Shown one piece after another: positions 18,786 through 26,228 of a stretch of 64,000 nt of DNA. Positions within the stretch are counted from its first letter, which is position 1, and the number at the start of each line of letters is the position of its first letter. The notes beneath the pieces were generated by a model. It had not been told where the DNA came from, ran no database searches, and worked only from the letters and a program-made list of their open reading frames with translations. The stretch lies in IMG/VR virus record IMGVR_UViG_2562617114_000001, positions 13,082 through 77,081 of that record; one strand, 5' to 3'. Made by a program: the position numbers and the translations under genes. The DNA comes from a virus. Its lineage: Duplodnaviria > Caudoviricetes.

Positions 18786-19120
18786 TTCCTCCCGTAGTTG
18801 AGGGCGGCTATTGTGGCCCGGGCGATACGCTCATCGCCCAGGCGGTCTCTTAGAATGTCGGTGACGCGGGCGCCTTCGATCACACCGCGCTGCGTTTCGG
18901 GCAGCATGTCGAGGCTGCCTTGCTCGGCCAGCCGCTTCGCATACTTGGACTCGTTGCCGCCGGTGTGGTGCTTCACCCGGAACTTGCGGGTGTCGAGGAA
19001 GAAGGTCAGCGTGTAGCCTCGCACGTCGCCGTCCATGAGCACGCAGGAGAAGAACCACTTGAAGCCGTAGCCTTTGATCTCCTCACGGTACGGGCCCCAC
19101 ACTGCCTTGAACTTAGCCAT
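18782..19120 (-). CDS. Paralogue P4
   Basis: WGPY...WFFSCVLMDGDVRGYTLTFFLDTRKF...VTDILRDRLGDERIARATIAAL. Confidence 0.75.
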   Translation of the reverse strand: MAKFKAVWGPYREEIKGYGFKWFFSCVLMDGDVRGYTLTFFLDTRKFRVKHHTGGNESKYAKRLAEQGSLDMLPETQRGVIEGARVTDILRDRLGDERIARATIAALNYGRK

Positions 19121-19481
19121 CCATGCGGCCTCCGCGGAGTGATATCGCCGTCACTTCAGCGATGTCTTCGGGTTTGAGCATCGACTTCATGGCGACAGCC
19201 ACGCTGCCCTTTGGGAGCATGTGGCGGAGCACTGCGATCGGGCGGTAGATGTCCGCCAGATCCTTCGCATGGATCTTGTCCCAATAGGTGACCGTCAGAG
19301 GATTCGACGTGAACTTCTTCGTCTCGAGGCTGAAGCACAGGTGCCACCGGCGGATCTCACCGGCGGGTGTGACGCCGATGAACTCCCACTTGCAAATCTG
19401 CACGATCCGATCGGGATAGACGCCAGCGTCCGCCGTCTTGTAGGACAGCGGACCGGCGATCCAATGCACCCCCTTATCCAA
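19113..19481 (-). CDS. Paralogue P3
   Basis: AGPL...WEFIGVTPAGEIRRWHLCFSLETKKF...AMKSMLKPEDIAEVTAISL. Confidence 0.75.
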   Translation of the reverse strand: MDKGVHWIAGPLSYKTADAGVYPDRIVQICKWEFIGVTPAGEIRRWHLCFSLETKKFTSNPLTVTYWDKIHAKDLADIYRPIAVLRHMLPKGSVAVAMKSMLKPEDIAEVTAISLRGGRMDG

Positions 19482-20481
19482 GGGTCACATCCTGGTTCCG
19501 CACCGCCCAATCCGTGAAGGTCTGAGTGTGCGACAGGCCCGGGTCACGACGGACGGCATCGACCGCCATCATGATCTCGAACTCACGGGCAGGAATGCGT
19601 CGGATGTAGGTCATGGCGTTCTCGAAGGTCTTGGCATCGGCGCGACGGCCCAGTGCTGCCGAGATGGCAAACCGTGCCGACGGATCATCCGGAAGCGGCG
19701 CGCTGTTCGGGTTGGCGAGGACCAGATCCAGCGACGGGAGCTTCTGATAGACGCGGATGAAGCCTTCCAGCTCGCCGGCAGCACCATCGCCGACCACACC
19801 GGAGACCAGCGACAAGCGCCGGCTCGAGTCCTTGCCGATGTATTTGGCCGCCTGTTCCCACGAGCGGGGGGTGGGGAAGGCGCGGTCATCGGAGGACTCC
19901 GGCATCTTGTGGATGAGGTGCGGCCGGAAGCGGAGGAAGGCAATCATGATCGGGTCCATGCCGATCTTGTTGAAGTGCTCCACATGCACGTTGTCGTGGC
20001 CGGCGCTTGTGTCCGCCTCGACATCGATATGAGCGAAGCGGTTGGCGAGCGCCGTCGGCATGCGCTGTGCTGCTGCGCGGTCCGTCTGGCGGTTACCAGC
20101 TGCAACCACGCGCCAGCCCTTGGGGAGCACGTAGTCGCCGACCTTGCGATCGAGGACCAGGCCGAACATGGCGGCCATCATCGACGGCGGCGCGGCGTTG
20201 AGCTCGTCGAGGAAGAGGATGCCTTCCGGACCGTCGCGCTCCACCTGTGGAAACTCGTCGGGCACCTTCCATTTCGTGGTGTCGCCGGAGATATCGGGCA
20301 GACCCATGAGGGCGACCGAGTCACGGGTGGAAGCGCGGAAGTCGATCAGGTTCCAGCCGCGGCTATCCGCAATCTGCTGTGTTGCCTGCGATTTGCCGCA
20401 GCCGGGTGGGCCCCACATGAACGCCGGCGTGTCCTCATCGAGGTAGTCGTTCAGGTTCAGGGCAGCAGTTTTAATGTGCAT
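19474..20481 (-). CDS. MoxR-type AAA+ ATPase
   Basis: Walker A WGPPGCGKS; Walker B ILFLDELN; VAAGNR; ALANRF; TPRSWE; AAGGAG SD before ATG 20481. Confidence 0.92.
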   Translation of the reverse strand: MHIKTAALNLNDYLDEDTPAFMWGPPGCGKSQATQQIADSRGWNLIDFRASTRDSVALMGLPDISGDTTKWKVPDEFPQVERDGPEGILFLDELNAAPPSMMAAMFGLVLDRKVGDYVLPKGWRVVAAGNRQTDRAAAQRMPTALANRFAHIDVEADTSAGHDNVHVEHFNKIGMDPIMIAFLRFRPHLIHKMPESSDDRAFPTPRSWEQAAKYIGKDSSRRLSLVSGVVGDGAAGELEGFIRVYQKLPSLDLVLANPNSAPLPDDPSARFAISAALGRRADAKTFENAMTYIRRIPAREFEIMMAVDAVRRDPGLSHTQTFTDWAVRNQDVTLG

Positions 20482-20861
20482 TGGTCGTCTCCTTGTTTGC
20501 CATATTCGGCTGGGTCGATGGGAAGGCCGATCCTCAAGCGGGTGAGGTCGGCAATGTCGGTGCCGCGCACCATGGAGAAAGCGGCATCGGCAAGCTTGTC
20601 GCGCGGGAAGCGCGGGTAGGACAGTTGCGGGAAGGGTGAGAGGTCTTCCGGCAGGCGGTAGTCGTGGAAGTTGGCGCCATACTTCGGCGCTTTGGCTCCC
20701 CAATGATCACGGGCTCGCATCTTGAACGTCTTGTCGCGTGGCCCGATCAGCGCCTCGTATCGAAGCGTCTTTCCTTCGTCGGAGCGGAAGGCGAACCAGA
20801 ACTTGAGCCGTCCGAAAACTACCTGCCGGGCGTAGGGTCCGATCAGGAGTCCGGTGGGCAT
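20457..20861 (-). CDS. Paralogue P2
   Basis: IGPY...FWFAFRSDEGKTLRYEALIGPRDKTF...KLADAAFSMVRGTDIADLTRLRI. Confidence 0.7.
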   Translation of the reverse strand: MPTGLLIGPYARQVVFGRLKFWFAFRSDEGKTLRYEALIGPRDKTFKMRARDHWGAKAPKYGANFHDYRLPEDLSPFPQLSYPRFPRDKLADAAFSMVRGTDIADLTRLRIGLPIDPAEYGKQGDDQCTLKLLP

Positions 20862-20862
20862 G

Positions 20863-21225
20863 TCACTTCCAAATGATCTCATCCGGAAACAGGATGGCCG
20901 GGCCGCATATGGGCGGCAGCTCCTCCGGGTCCATCGCCGGGCGCTGGGTCATCATGTTGTTGCGGTAGATTTCGGTCGCCCTAACGTTGCGGATGTGGCG
21001 GCCGTTGATGTTGCTGGTCTCTCCGACGAACATGTCGCGGCGTTCGCCCTCGTAGAGCACGGCAACATGCTCGACGGGTTCATCGAATGCGTCGGGCAGA
21101 AGCCGCTTGATCCAAGTCGAGATTGGCTCCCTTGTGAAGCGTGGCTCCATGCGGATTTCTTTTGCTTCGCCGAGCGCCGGGATGAGCAAAGCCCGGGCAA
21201 ACGTTCCTGTTCTGAGGCCGGTCAA
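20863..21225 (-). CDS. Hypothetical protein (DUF3846-like pattern)
   Basis: DMFVGE...RNVRATEIY...ICGPAIL; hairpin motif + AAGGAG + TTG start. Confidence 0.6.
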   Translation of the reverse strand: MTGLRTGTFARALLIPALGEAKEIRMEPRFTREPISTWIKRLLPDAFDEPVEHVAVLYEGERRDMFVGETSNINGRHIRNVRATEIYRNNMMTQRPAMDPEELPPICGPAILFPDEIIWK

Positions 21226-21253
21226 TGGGCTCTCCTTTGTGCATGATTGCGAG

Positions 21254-21284
21254 AAAAAGGGACGCTGGCTCCGGCCAACGTCCC
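21254..21284 (-). terminator. Intrinsic terminator
   Basis: Minus strand GGGACG-TTGGC-CGGA-GCCA-GCGTCCC followed by TTTTT. Confidence 0.7.
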
Positions 21285-21393
21285 CACGTGTTGCGGCGGG
21301 TTACTCGATTACTTCATGACCGCCTCCTCTGGCTGTTGACGTTCGGGGTGAACCTGCCTTTACGGTCTCCACACCTACCGGGCAGGGATGGGA

Positions 21394-22290
21394 TCAGGCG
21401 AGGAAGTCGGACACGCTGTCCAAGATGCGCTGCGCCTCGGCCGCGGTGTCCTTGCGGACGTTCGCGTCTTCCTTCAGGGCCGCGGCATCGTACTTCGTGA
21501 GCGCCTTCAGACGCTCGCCAAGGGCGTCCAGCTCGGGCGACCCGACGATGTTGAGCGACGGCATGACGCTCACCAGATCCGCGATGTTCTCGACGAGGCT
21601 GGAGCGGAAGCCGCCGGTGCGCTCGCCGGGGGTGAAGCTGTTGAGGCGGTCCACCATGCGCTCTGTCAGGGTGGCAACGCGCTGGTAGACGTCGCGGACC
21701 GCGTTCTCGGTCGCCTTCTGCAGCTGCTCCTCGATATCGGCGCGGATGAGGGCGGCGTGTGCCTCGCTCATGTCGACGCGGAAGTCCGTCGAGGTCGGCA
21801 CGGGCAGGACCGAATAGACGATGCCGAACTTCTCCCGGATCTCGTTGCTGGTCGGGTAGTCGGTCGCCTTGAACAGCTTGCCCATGCGCTTTTGCGCGTC
21901 GGTGACGTGCTGGTCGAAGTCGTTCACCAGCTTATCCACCTCGCGCTGGAACTTGGCGGACTGGACGCGCATCCACGCGGTGAAGGGGAGATAGCCGTCG
22001 GCGCTGATGATGCGGCCGCCGTCATTGAGCCACGGCAGGGTGCGCTCATAGAAGCCGTTGCGGGTTTCGCTGACGAGCGTTTGAATGCCGGCGAGCGCTT
22101 CCTTGCTCACCAGCAGCTTGTTGACGCGGGAGGCGTCGGATGCTGCGTTGTGGGAGTCGTTGAGCTCCTGCGTCACCTGCCGATCAAGCCGGCGGCCGGA
22201 CCACTGCGAAATCGTCACGCTGACGATCATCGCACGGCTGGCGAGGGTGGAGGTGGAGGCAGAGAGGGTAGCTGGGGTCATGGAATTCAC
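21394..22290 (-). CDS. DUF3150-like protein
   Basis: VSVTISQWSGRRLDR...KLL...TLPW...LFKATDYP...FRVD...FRSSLVEN...SLNI; GTG at 22290 after AAGGAG. Confidence 0.75.
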   Translation of the reverse strand: MNSMTPATLSASTSTLASRAMIVSVTISQWSGRRLDRQVTQELNDSHNAASDASRVNKLLVSKEALAGIQTLVSETRNGFYERTLPWLNDGGRIISADGYLPFTAWMRVQSAKFQREVDKLVNDFDQHVTDAQKRMGKLFKATDYPTSNEIREKFGIVYSVLPVPTSTDFRVDMSEAHAALIRADIEEQLQKATENAVRDVYQRVATLTERMVDRLNSFTPGERTGGFRSSLVENIADLVSVMPSLNIVGSPELDALGERLKALTKYDAAALKEDANVRKDTAAEAQRILDSVSDFLA

Positions 22291-22361
22291 GTTCAGTCTC
22301 CTTTGGTTGCCATGAGTGGCGGGGGCGGTGGAATCTACACGCGGGATTGCGTGGACAGAAG

Positions 22362-22649
22362 TCAGGCCGCGAGTGATGCGGCCAAGCACCGCGCTCTCTC
22401 TTCCGGCGGGATCATCGACAGGAATAGCTCGGCAAGCTTACGCGGGCGCGGCAGGCGCTTTGTGGTGCCGAACCCGTTGTGGATTTTAACTCCAGCCCGG
22501 AAGCGCCGGGAATCCGTCTGGAAAACGAGGTGATACTGGCGGCGGGGTTTGCCACAATCAAACCTGTAGACGATGCCTTGGCCTTCCAGATCCGGCGTTG
22601 TCAGGCGGCCGACATAGCGGAACACGGGGCGGATGCTATCGGCGTTCAT
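22362..22649 (-). CDS. Paralogue P1
   Basis: YRFDCGKPRRQYHLVFQTDSRRF...KLAELFLSMIPPEERARCLAASL; ATGA overlap. Confidence 0.75.
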   Translation of the reverse strand: MNADSIRPVFRYVGRLTTPDLEGQGIVYRFDCGKPRRQYHLVFQTDSRRFRAGVKIHNGFGTTKRLPRPRKLAELFLSMIPPEERARCLAASLAA

Positions 22650-23458
22650 CCGACCGTGTTCCCGTCTTCGTCGAAGGTGAAGTCGGCAAGCGCCTCGTCC
22701 ACCGCCTCGTCGGACGTAAGGTACTCGTGCTCCGCCTCCAGCTGGCGATAGATCCAGTCCATGAACGAGCGGAGGCATGCGGCGACCTCCTCCACGAAAG
22801 GGCCGTAAATGAGCCCATATCGACCACATAGCGCGTTCCAGGTCATCACCTGCAATTGGTTGTCTTCGTCCAGCGAGTCAGGCGTGGGCAAGTCTGCGTC
22901 GATCGACACCGAATAGGCGTGGCAATAGCTGGAGGTGCCTTTCTCGATGGTCACCGTTGCGTCCGGGATGAGCGCGTTGCACCGTTCCGATATGTCGGCC
23001 AGGGAGAACGCAATCTCATGCAAGCGCTCATCCGTCGGGGCGTGGCGTATGACGGCGGAGAGGGAGGCGAGCGGATTGCTCACCGGGCGCCAATCGCCAG
23101 TAAAGCACGCGCCATCGCCTTGGCTGGAGAAGCCCGTGAAATAGATTGCGGGCGAGGTGACCGTCTCGCCGTTTTGCAGGCGTTCGCGCTTGTCGTCGAT
23201 CTCAATGCCCATCACACCGGCGATCAAGATGGCGTCGTCATAGATCGAGTCCCACCAGTCGTAATGCAGGCCCTCGGCGCGGTAGTCGTCGCGGGCTCGT
23301 TCTTTCGCGCGGGGTGACAGCTCCTTAAACGAAAACTCCGCCTTGTCGGCGGAGTCGTCGTCCTCAAAGTCGGTTGCGGGCTGGTTGACGTAAATGGGTG
23401 CACCTTCAGCTATTGCGCGGTTGACGGCGCGGGTAAGGGCGGCACGAGCGGCGTTCAT
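22646..23458 (-). CDS. Acidic conserved mobile-element protein (IYFxGFxSQGDGACF family)
   Basis: FKELSPRAKERAR...WWDSIYDD...IYFTGFSSQGDGACF...WIYRQLEAEHEYLTSDEAVDE. Confidence 0.75.
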   Translation of the reverse strand: MNAARAALTRAVNRAIAEGAPIYVNQPATDFEDDDSADKAEFSFKELSPRAKERARDDYRAEGLHYDWWDSIYDDAILIAGVMGIEIDDKRERLQNGETVTSPAIYFTGFSSQGDGACFTGDWRPVSNPLASLSAVIRHAPTDERLHEIAFSLADISERCNALIPDATVTIEKGTSSYCHAYSVSIDADLPTPDSLDEDNQLQVMTWNALCGRYGLIYGPFVEEVAACLRSFMDWIYRQLEAEHEYLTSDEAVDEALADFTFDEDGNTVG

Positions 23459-23466
23459 GGGAAGCC

Positions 23467-23790
23467 TCACAGGCTTATGCGGATCGACACAGAAAAGCCC
23501 GCCGGTGCGATTTGCACGGGCGGGCGGTGGATCGGCGCGGGTTTCGGTTTAGGCGCGCGGTATGCGGCCTTGACGGGTTTCGGGCGCGGCAACGGGACCG
23601 GGCCAGCGATAGGCAATTCTGCGAACGACTCCACCAGTGTTGGAGCTGGCGGAGCGGGAATGGGTGCCAGCGCAACAGGGGCGGGCGCTGGTGCGGGTGC
23701 GGGCTTGCTGTTGGAGATTATGCCGGTGGCGCCTTGGAAAAGCACGAGGGCGACCGTCGCAAGCGTGGGGAAGCCGCCAGCGTGACTCAT
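23467..23790 (-). CDS. Pro/Ala-rich protein with hydrophobic N-terminus
   Basis: ATGA overlap; TLATVALVLF followed by PAPAPAPAP and PLPRPKP. Confidence 0.5.
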   Translation of the reverse strand: MSHAGGFPTLATVALVLFQGATGIISNSKPAPAPAPAPVALAPIPAPPAPTLVESFAELPIAGPVPLPRPKPVKAAYRAPKPKPAPIHRPPVQIAPAGFSVSIRISL

Positions 23791-24020
23791 GCGGCGGTTC
23801 GCTCGCGAGAGGGCAGGAAGAGTTCCCACGCTTCCCGGGTGGAAAGATAGCGCTCATAGGCAGCCCGGAGCGGCGTGCCTGGCTCACCATGGGCGCGGGG
23901 CGTATAGCGGACGTCGCCAGCCCATTCTCGCGGGAAGGTGCGGCGGATCTCGTCCATCCATTCCTCATCGGCGGCAAGGTGAGCGGCGTATGCGGCGGCC
24001 ATGGGGGGCAGTTCAGGCAT
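23787..24020 (-). CDS. Small hypothetical protein
   Basis: AAGGAG SD; coupled to neighbouring genes. Confidence 0.65.
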   Translation of the reverse strand: MPELPPMAAAYAAHLAADEEWMDEIRRTFPREWAGDVRYTPRAHGEPGTPLRAAYERYLSTREAWELFLPSRERTAA

Positions 24021-24171
24021 AGCGGGTCTCCTTCCGAGCCTCGCGGAGAATGCGGCAGATTTCCTCTTTCACCTCTGCATTGGTGGGCTCGCGGCCCAGG
24101 CGGGCGCTAAGGCGGTTCAAGATCGTGTTCTGGTTGTCATTCCGGAACGTGATGTTGATAGCGATCGGCAT
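24013..24171 (-). CDS. 52-aa protein absent from the ORF track (MPIAINITFRNDNQNTILNRLSARLGREPTNAEVKEEICRILREARKETRYA)
   Basis: Manual translation; hairpin motif at 24187 and GAGGG SD; stop overlaps the next start. Confidence 0.65.
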   Translation of the reverse strand: MPIAINITFRNDNQNTILNRLSARLGREPTNAEVKEEICRILREARKETRYA

Positions 24172-24335
24172 GAGATATCCCTCTGTGCATAATTGCGGGG
24201 TGTCGCGCGGCGCTGATATCGCGGGCAGGCAGCGGCGCGCATAGTCCTGCCGGTGGAATGAGAGCGGGCTTTAACGGTTCCCGCGCATGGGGTGCCTCCG
24301 TGGTGCGGTTGATCGGCGGGCGGTGGATGACGTGC

Positions 24336-24357
24336 AAAAACCCACCTATGGAGGCGG
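24336..24357 (-). terminator. Intrinsic terminator
   Basis: CCGCCT-CCAT-AGGTGG-G-TTTTT on the minus strand. Confidence 0.5.
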
Positions 24358-24429
24358 ATCTTCAGGTTCGGGCAGCAACGGCGCGGCCAAGGTGGCAGCC
24401 AGAGTGAACAAGAATGCGCGGCGGTTCAT
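24346..24429 (-). CDS. 27-aa peptide resembling an isolated Tat signal (MNRRAFLFTLAATLAAPLLPEPEDPPP)
   Basis: Manual translation; ATGA overlap with the upstream stop at 24426. Confidence 0.4.
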   Translation of the reverse strand: MNRRAFLFTLAATLAAPLLPEPEDPPP

Positions 24430-24593
24430 GTGGGCTTGATCGCGTCCAGATATTCCACCCAGCGAAGGGCAAGCACCCAGCAGGCGAGAATAAGCGCGAT
24501 GGAAAGCGCCGTTACCACTGTGACCGTGTCCGGCTTGGGCGAGTCTGGCAGTCGAATGAGCGGGCGGACGGAATCGCGACCTTTATCATTCAT
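24426..24593 (-). CDS. Small single-pass membrane protein
   Basis: ATGA overlap; TVVTALSIALILACWVLAL hydrophobic helix. Confidence 0.55.
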   Translation of the reverse strand: MNDKGRDSVRPLIRLPDSPKPDTVTVVTALSIALILACWVLALRWVEYLDAIKPT

Positions 24594-24769
24594 GACACAG
24601 GCTCCAAGGCAGCCAAGTCCCGTGCGGCGGCGATGGCGTCGGAGCGTTCCCTGTAGGTGTCGATAGGTCGGGCGAGACCGCGGCCGATCTTGACCGCCAG
24701 AACCCAAAGGGTGCCGTCTCGGCGGTGCTTGGGGAGGACGACGTAGCGGGAAGGGCTTAGCGTTTTCAT
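24590..24769 (-). CDS. 59-aa hypothetical protein (MKTLSPSRYVVLPKHRRDG...)
   Basis: Manual translation; GGAG SD; ATGA overlaps at both ends. Confidence 0.55.
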   Translation of the reverse strand: MKTLSPSRYVVLPKHRRDGTLWVLAVKIGRGLARPIDTYRERSDAIAAARDLAALEPVS

Positions 24770-24930
24770 GCGGCGATCTCCGGAAGGCGGAGACGAGTGC
24801 CGTCAACCGAAAGCCAAACGGGATTGCGCCGGGACGCGGGACGGATGTTGAGAAGGCCGAAAGCGATACAAAGGCGGCCTATCCGCACGAGGCGGACTCG
24901 GCCCACCTTGCGGGTGGACACGTTGAACAT
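24766..24930 (-). CDS. 54-aa basic hypothetical protein (MFNVSTRKVGRVRLVRIG...)
   Basis: Manual translation; hairpin motif at 24950 and GGAG SD. Confidence 0.55.
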   Translation of the reverse strand: MFNVSTRKVGRVRLVRIGRLCIAFGLLNIRPASRRNPVWLSVDGTRLRLPEIAA

Positions 24931-24969
24931 GCGGGAATCTCCATAGGTCGCATGATTGCGGGGGGAACG

Positions 24970-24994
24970 AAAAAAGCCGCCCGGAGGCGGCTTT
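24970..24994 (-). terminator. Intrinsic terminator
   Basis: GCCGCC-TCCG-GGCGGC-TTTTTT. Confidence 0.8.
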
Positions 24995-25018
24995 AGTTGT
25001 CGTAGAGGGGGAGAGCTT

Positions 25019-25255
25019 TTAGTTCAGCTTTGTCAGCACCGCGAGGGCGCTGACGGCCACGAAAAGCATGCTGCCAAGGCGGACGGTGAGCCGGAGCGTC
25101 ACCGCGTCCAATGCAGCGGTCAGGTCTGACTTTGTTACGAGTTCTGCCATGATGAAATCCCGTGCGGCTTCGGCGTGGGCCTCGGCGAGTTTCTGCTCTA
25201 CGCCTACGTCACGGAGGCGTTTCGCGTAACCCAGTGTATCAAAGGCAATTGCCAA
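25019..25255 (-). CDS. DUF1640/CCDC90-like coiled-coil membrane protein
   Basis: FDTLGYAKRLRDVGV...AEAHAEA...LVTKSDL...LTVRLGSM plus C-terminal TM segment. Confidence 0.75.
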   Translation of the reverse strand: MAIAFDTLGYAKRLRDVGVEQKLAEAHAEAARDFIMAELVTKSDLTAALDAVTLRLTVRLGSMLFVAVSALAVLTKLN

Positions 25256-25302
25256 TTCAAATCTCCTTCATTGCATGATTGCGAGTTCGGCATGTCGCCG
25301 CG

Positions 25303-25364
25303 AAAAGGCGCACCACGGCGCCCTTGCGTAGGGACATGGAAAAGGGGAGGCTAATGCCTCCCCC
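25303..25364 (-). terminator. Two tandem intrinsic terminator-like hairpins
   Basis: GGGGAGGC-ATTA-GCCTCCCC-TTTT (25340-25364) and GGCGC-CGTGGT-GCGCC-TTTT (25303-25322). Confidence 0.6.
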
Positions 25365-25392
25365 CATCGATTACGGACCAACCGCGTATCTG

Positions 25393-25968
25393 TCAGGCGG
25401 CAATGTCCATTTCCGCCTGCTCCGGTGCGGCCGCCGGTGCCGCCTTGACGGCCTTCGCCTTGGCAGGCTTTTCCGCCTTGACCGGAGCGACGACGACATT
25501 CGGAGTCTTCGCCAGCGTCAAAGCTCCCTTGACCGCCTGCAGAATGCGAGGAGACGCGCCCTTTTCGGTCAGGGTTGAGACCACCTTTTCCAGATAGGCG
25601 ACTTCATCGAATTCCTTTTCGGACTTCGCCTTGCCTGCCGAGCGTTCATAGTTGGCAGGTGCGATTTCCATCGCCTCATCCATCTTCGAAGCCTTCCCCT
25701 TGACGTAGGTGAAGACACTGGTTGCCTTGTCAAACGAGACCTTGCCGAAAGCCGTTGACCACGAAACGAGACCCTTGCGGTAGTTGACCGGAGTCACCGC
25801 GTAAAGCGCGTTGAGGTATTTCGGATCGTTGTGCAATTCGACATGGTTCAATGCCGAATATGCAAGCTGGTGCTCGCGCTCCGAAAAGGTGGAAACCACC
25901 TTGCCGAAACCGTTGATTGCCGAATTGAGCTTGGAACCAGTGAGAACAACGAACTTAGCCATAACCAT
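25393..25968 (-). CDS. Early hypothetical phage protein
   Basis: HQLAYSALNHVELHND...RKGLVSWSTAFG; Lys/Ala-rich tail; hairpin variant and GGAG SD. Confidence 0.8.
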   Translation of the reverse strand: MVMAKFVVLTGSKLNSAINGFGKVVSTFSEREHQLAYSALNHVELHNDPKYLNALYAVTPVNYRKGLVSWSTAFGKVSFDKATSVFTYVKGKASKMDEAMEIAPANYERSAGKAKSEKEFDEVAYLEKVVSTLTEKGASPRILQAVKGALTLAKTPNVVVAPVKAEKPAKAKAVKAAPAAAPEQAEMDIAA

Positions 25969-26051
25969 TTCTCCATTTGTGCCATGATTGGCGGGTTTGA
26001 AGCGATTGCTTCACTAAAGGCATGCTCGGAGACATGCCCTTAAAGCTGCAA

Positions 26052-26228
26052 TCACAAGGCCATTGCGGCCTCGTCTTTCCGGCGTTCGATTTCTTTCCGG
26101 TGAGACCGTGCCGTTTGTTCCGCCGTGATCGATCCGGCAAGGTTGCCGTTTCGAAGGTGGGAAGCCGCACGACGTTCCATGTAAGCCGCAAGGTTTTCCA
26201 ACGCCTGAATTGCCCGTAGTTCTTCCAT
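26052..26228 (-). CDS. Small hypothetical protein, probable first early ORF
   Basis: MEELRAIQALENLAAYMERRAASH...; helical; weak SD. Confidence 0.45.
   Translation of the reverse strand: MEELRAIQALENLAAYMERRAASHLRNGNLAGSITAEQTARSHRKEIERRKDEAAMAL

Noticed and set aside
11203-21277. 12-mer TGGCTCCGGCCA at 11203-11214 and 21266-21277
   Set aside because: The second copy is part of a terminator stem and the flanks are unrelated; probably coincidence in GC-rich DNA.
14194-22649. Diversity-generating retroelement or CRISPR-like origin for the paralogue array
   Set aside because: No reverse transcriptase, no TR/VR pair differing at adenines and no regular repeat-spacer array were seen. The similarity is evident only at protein level.
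24271-24288. Minus-strand 5-codon mini-ORF MRGNR with a GGAGG SD
   Set aside because: Too short to support without ribosome profiling.
24590-24769. Possible tenth paralogue (WVLAVKIG...DAIAAARDLAAL)
   Set aside because: It lacks the (D/E)(T/S)(R/K)(R/K)F core, so the resemblance is too weak.
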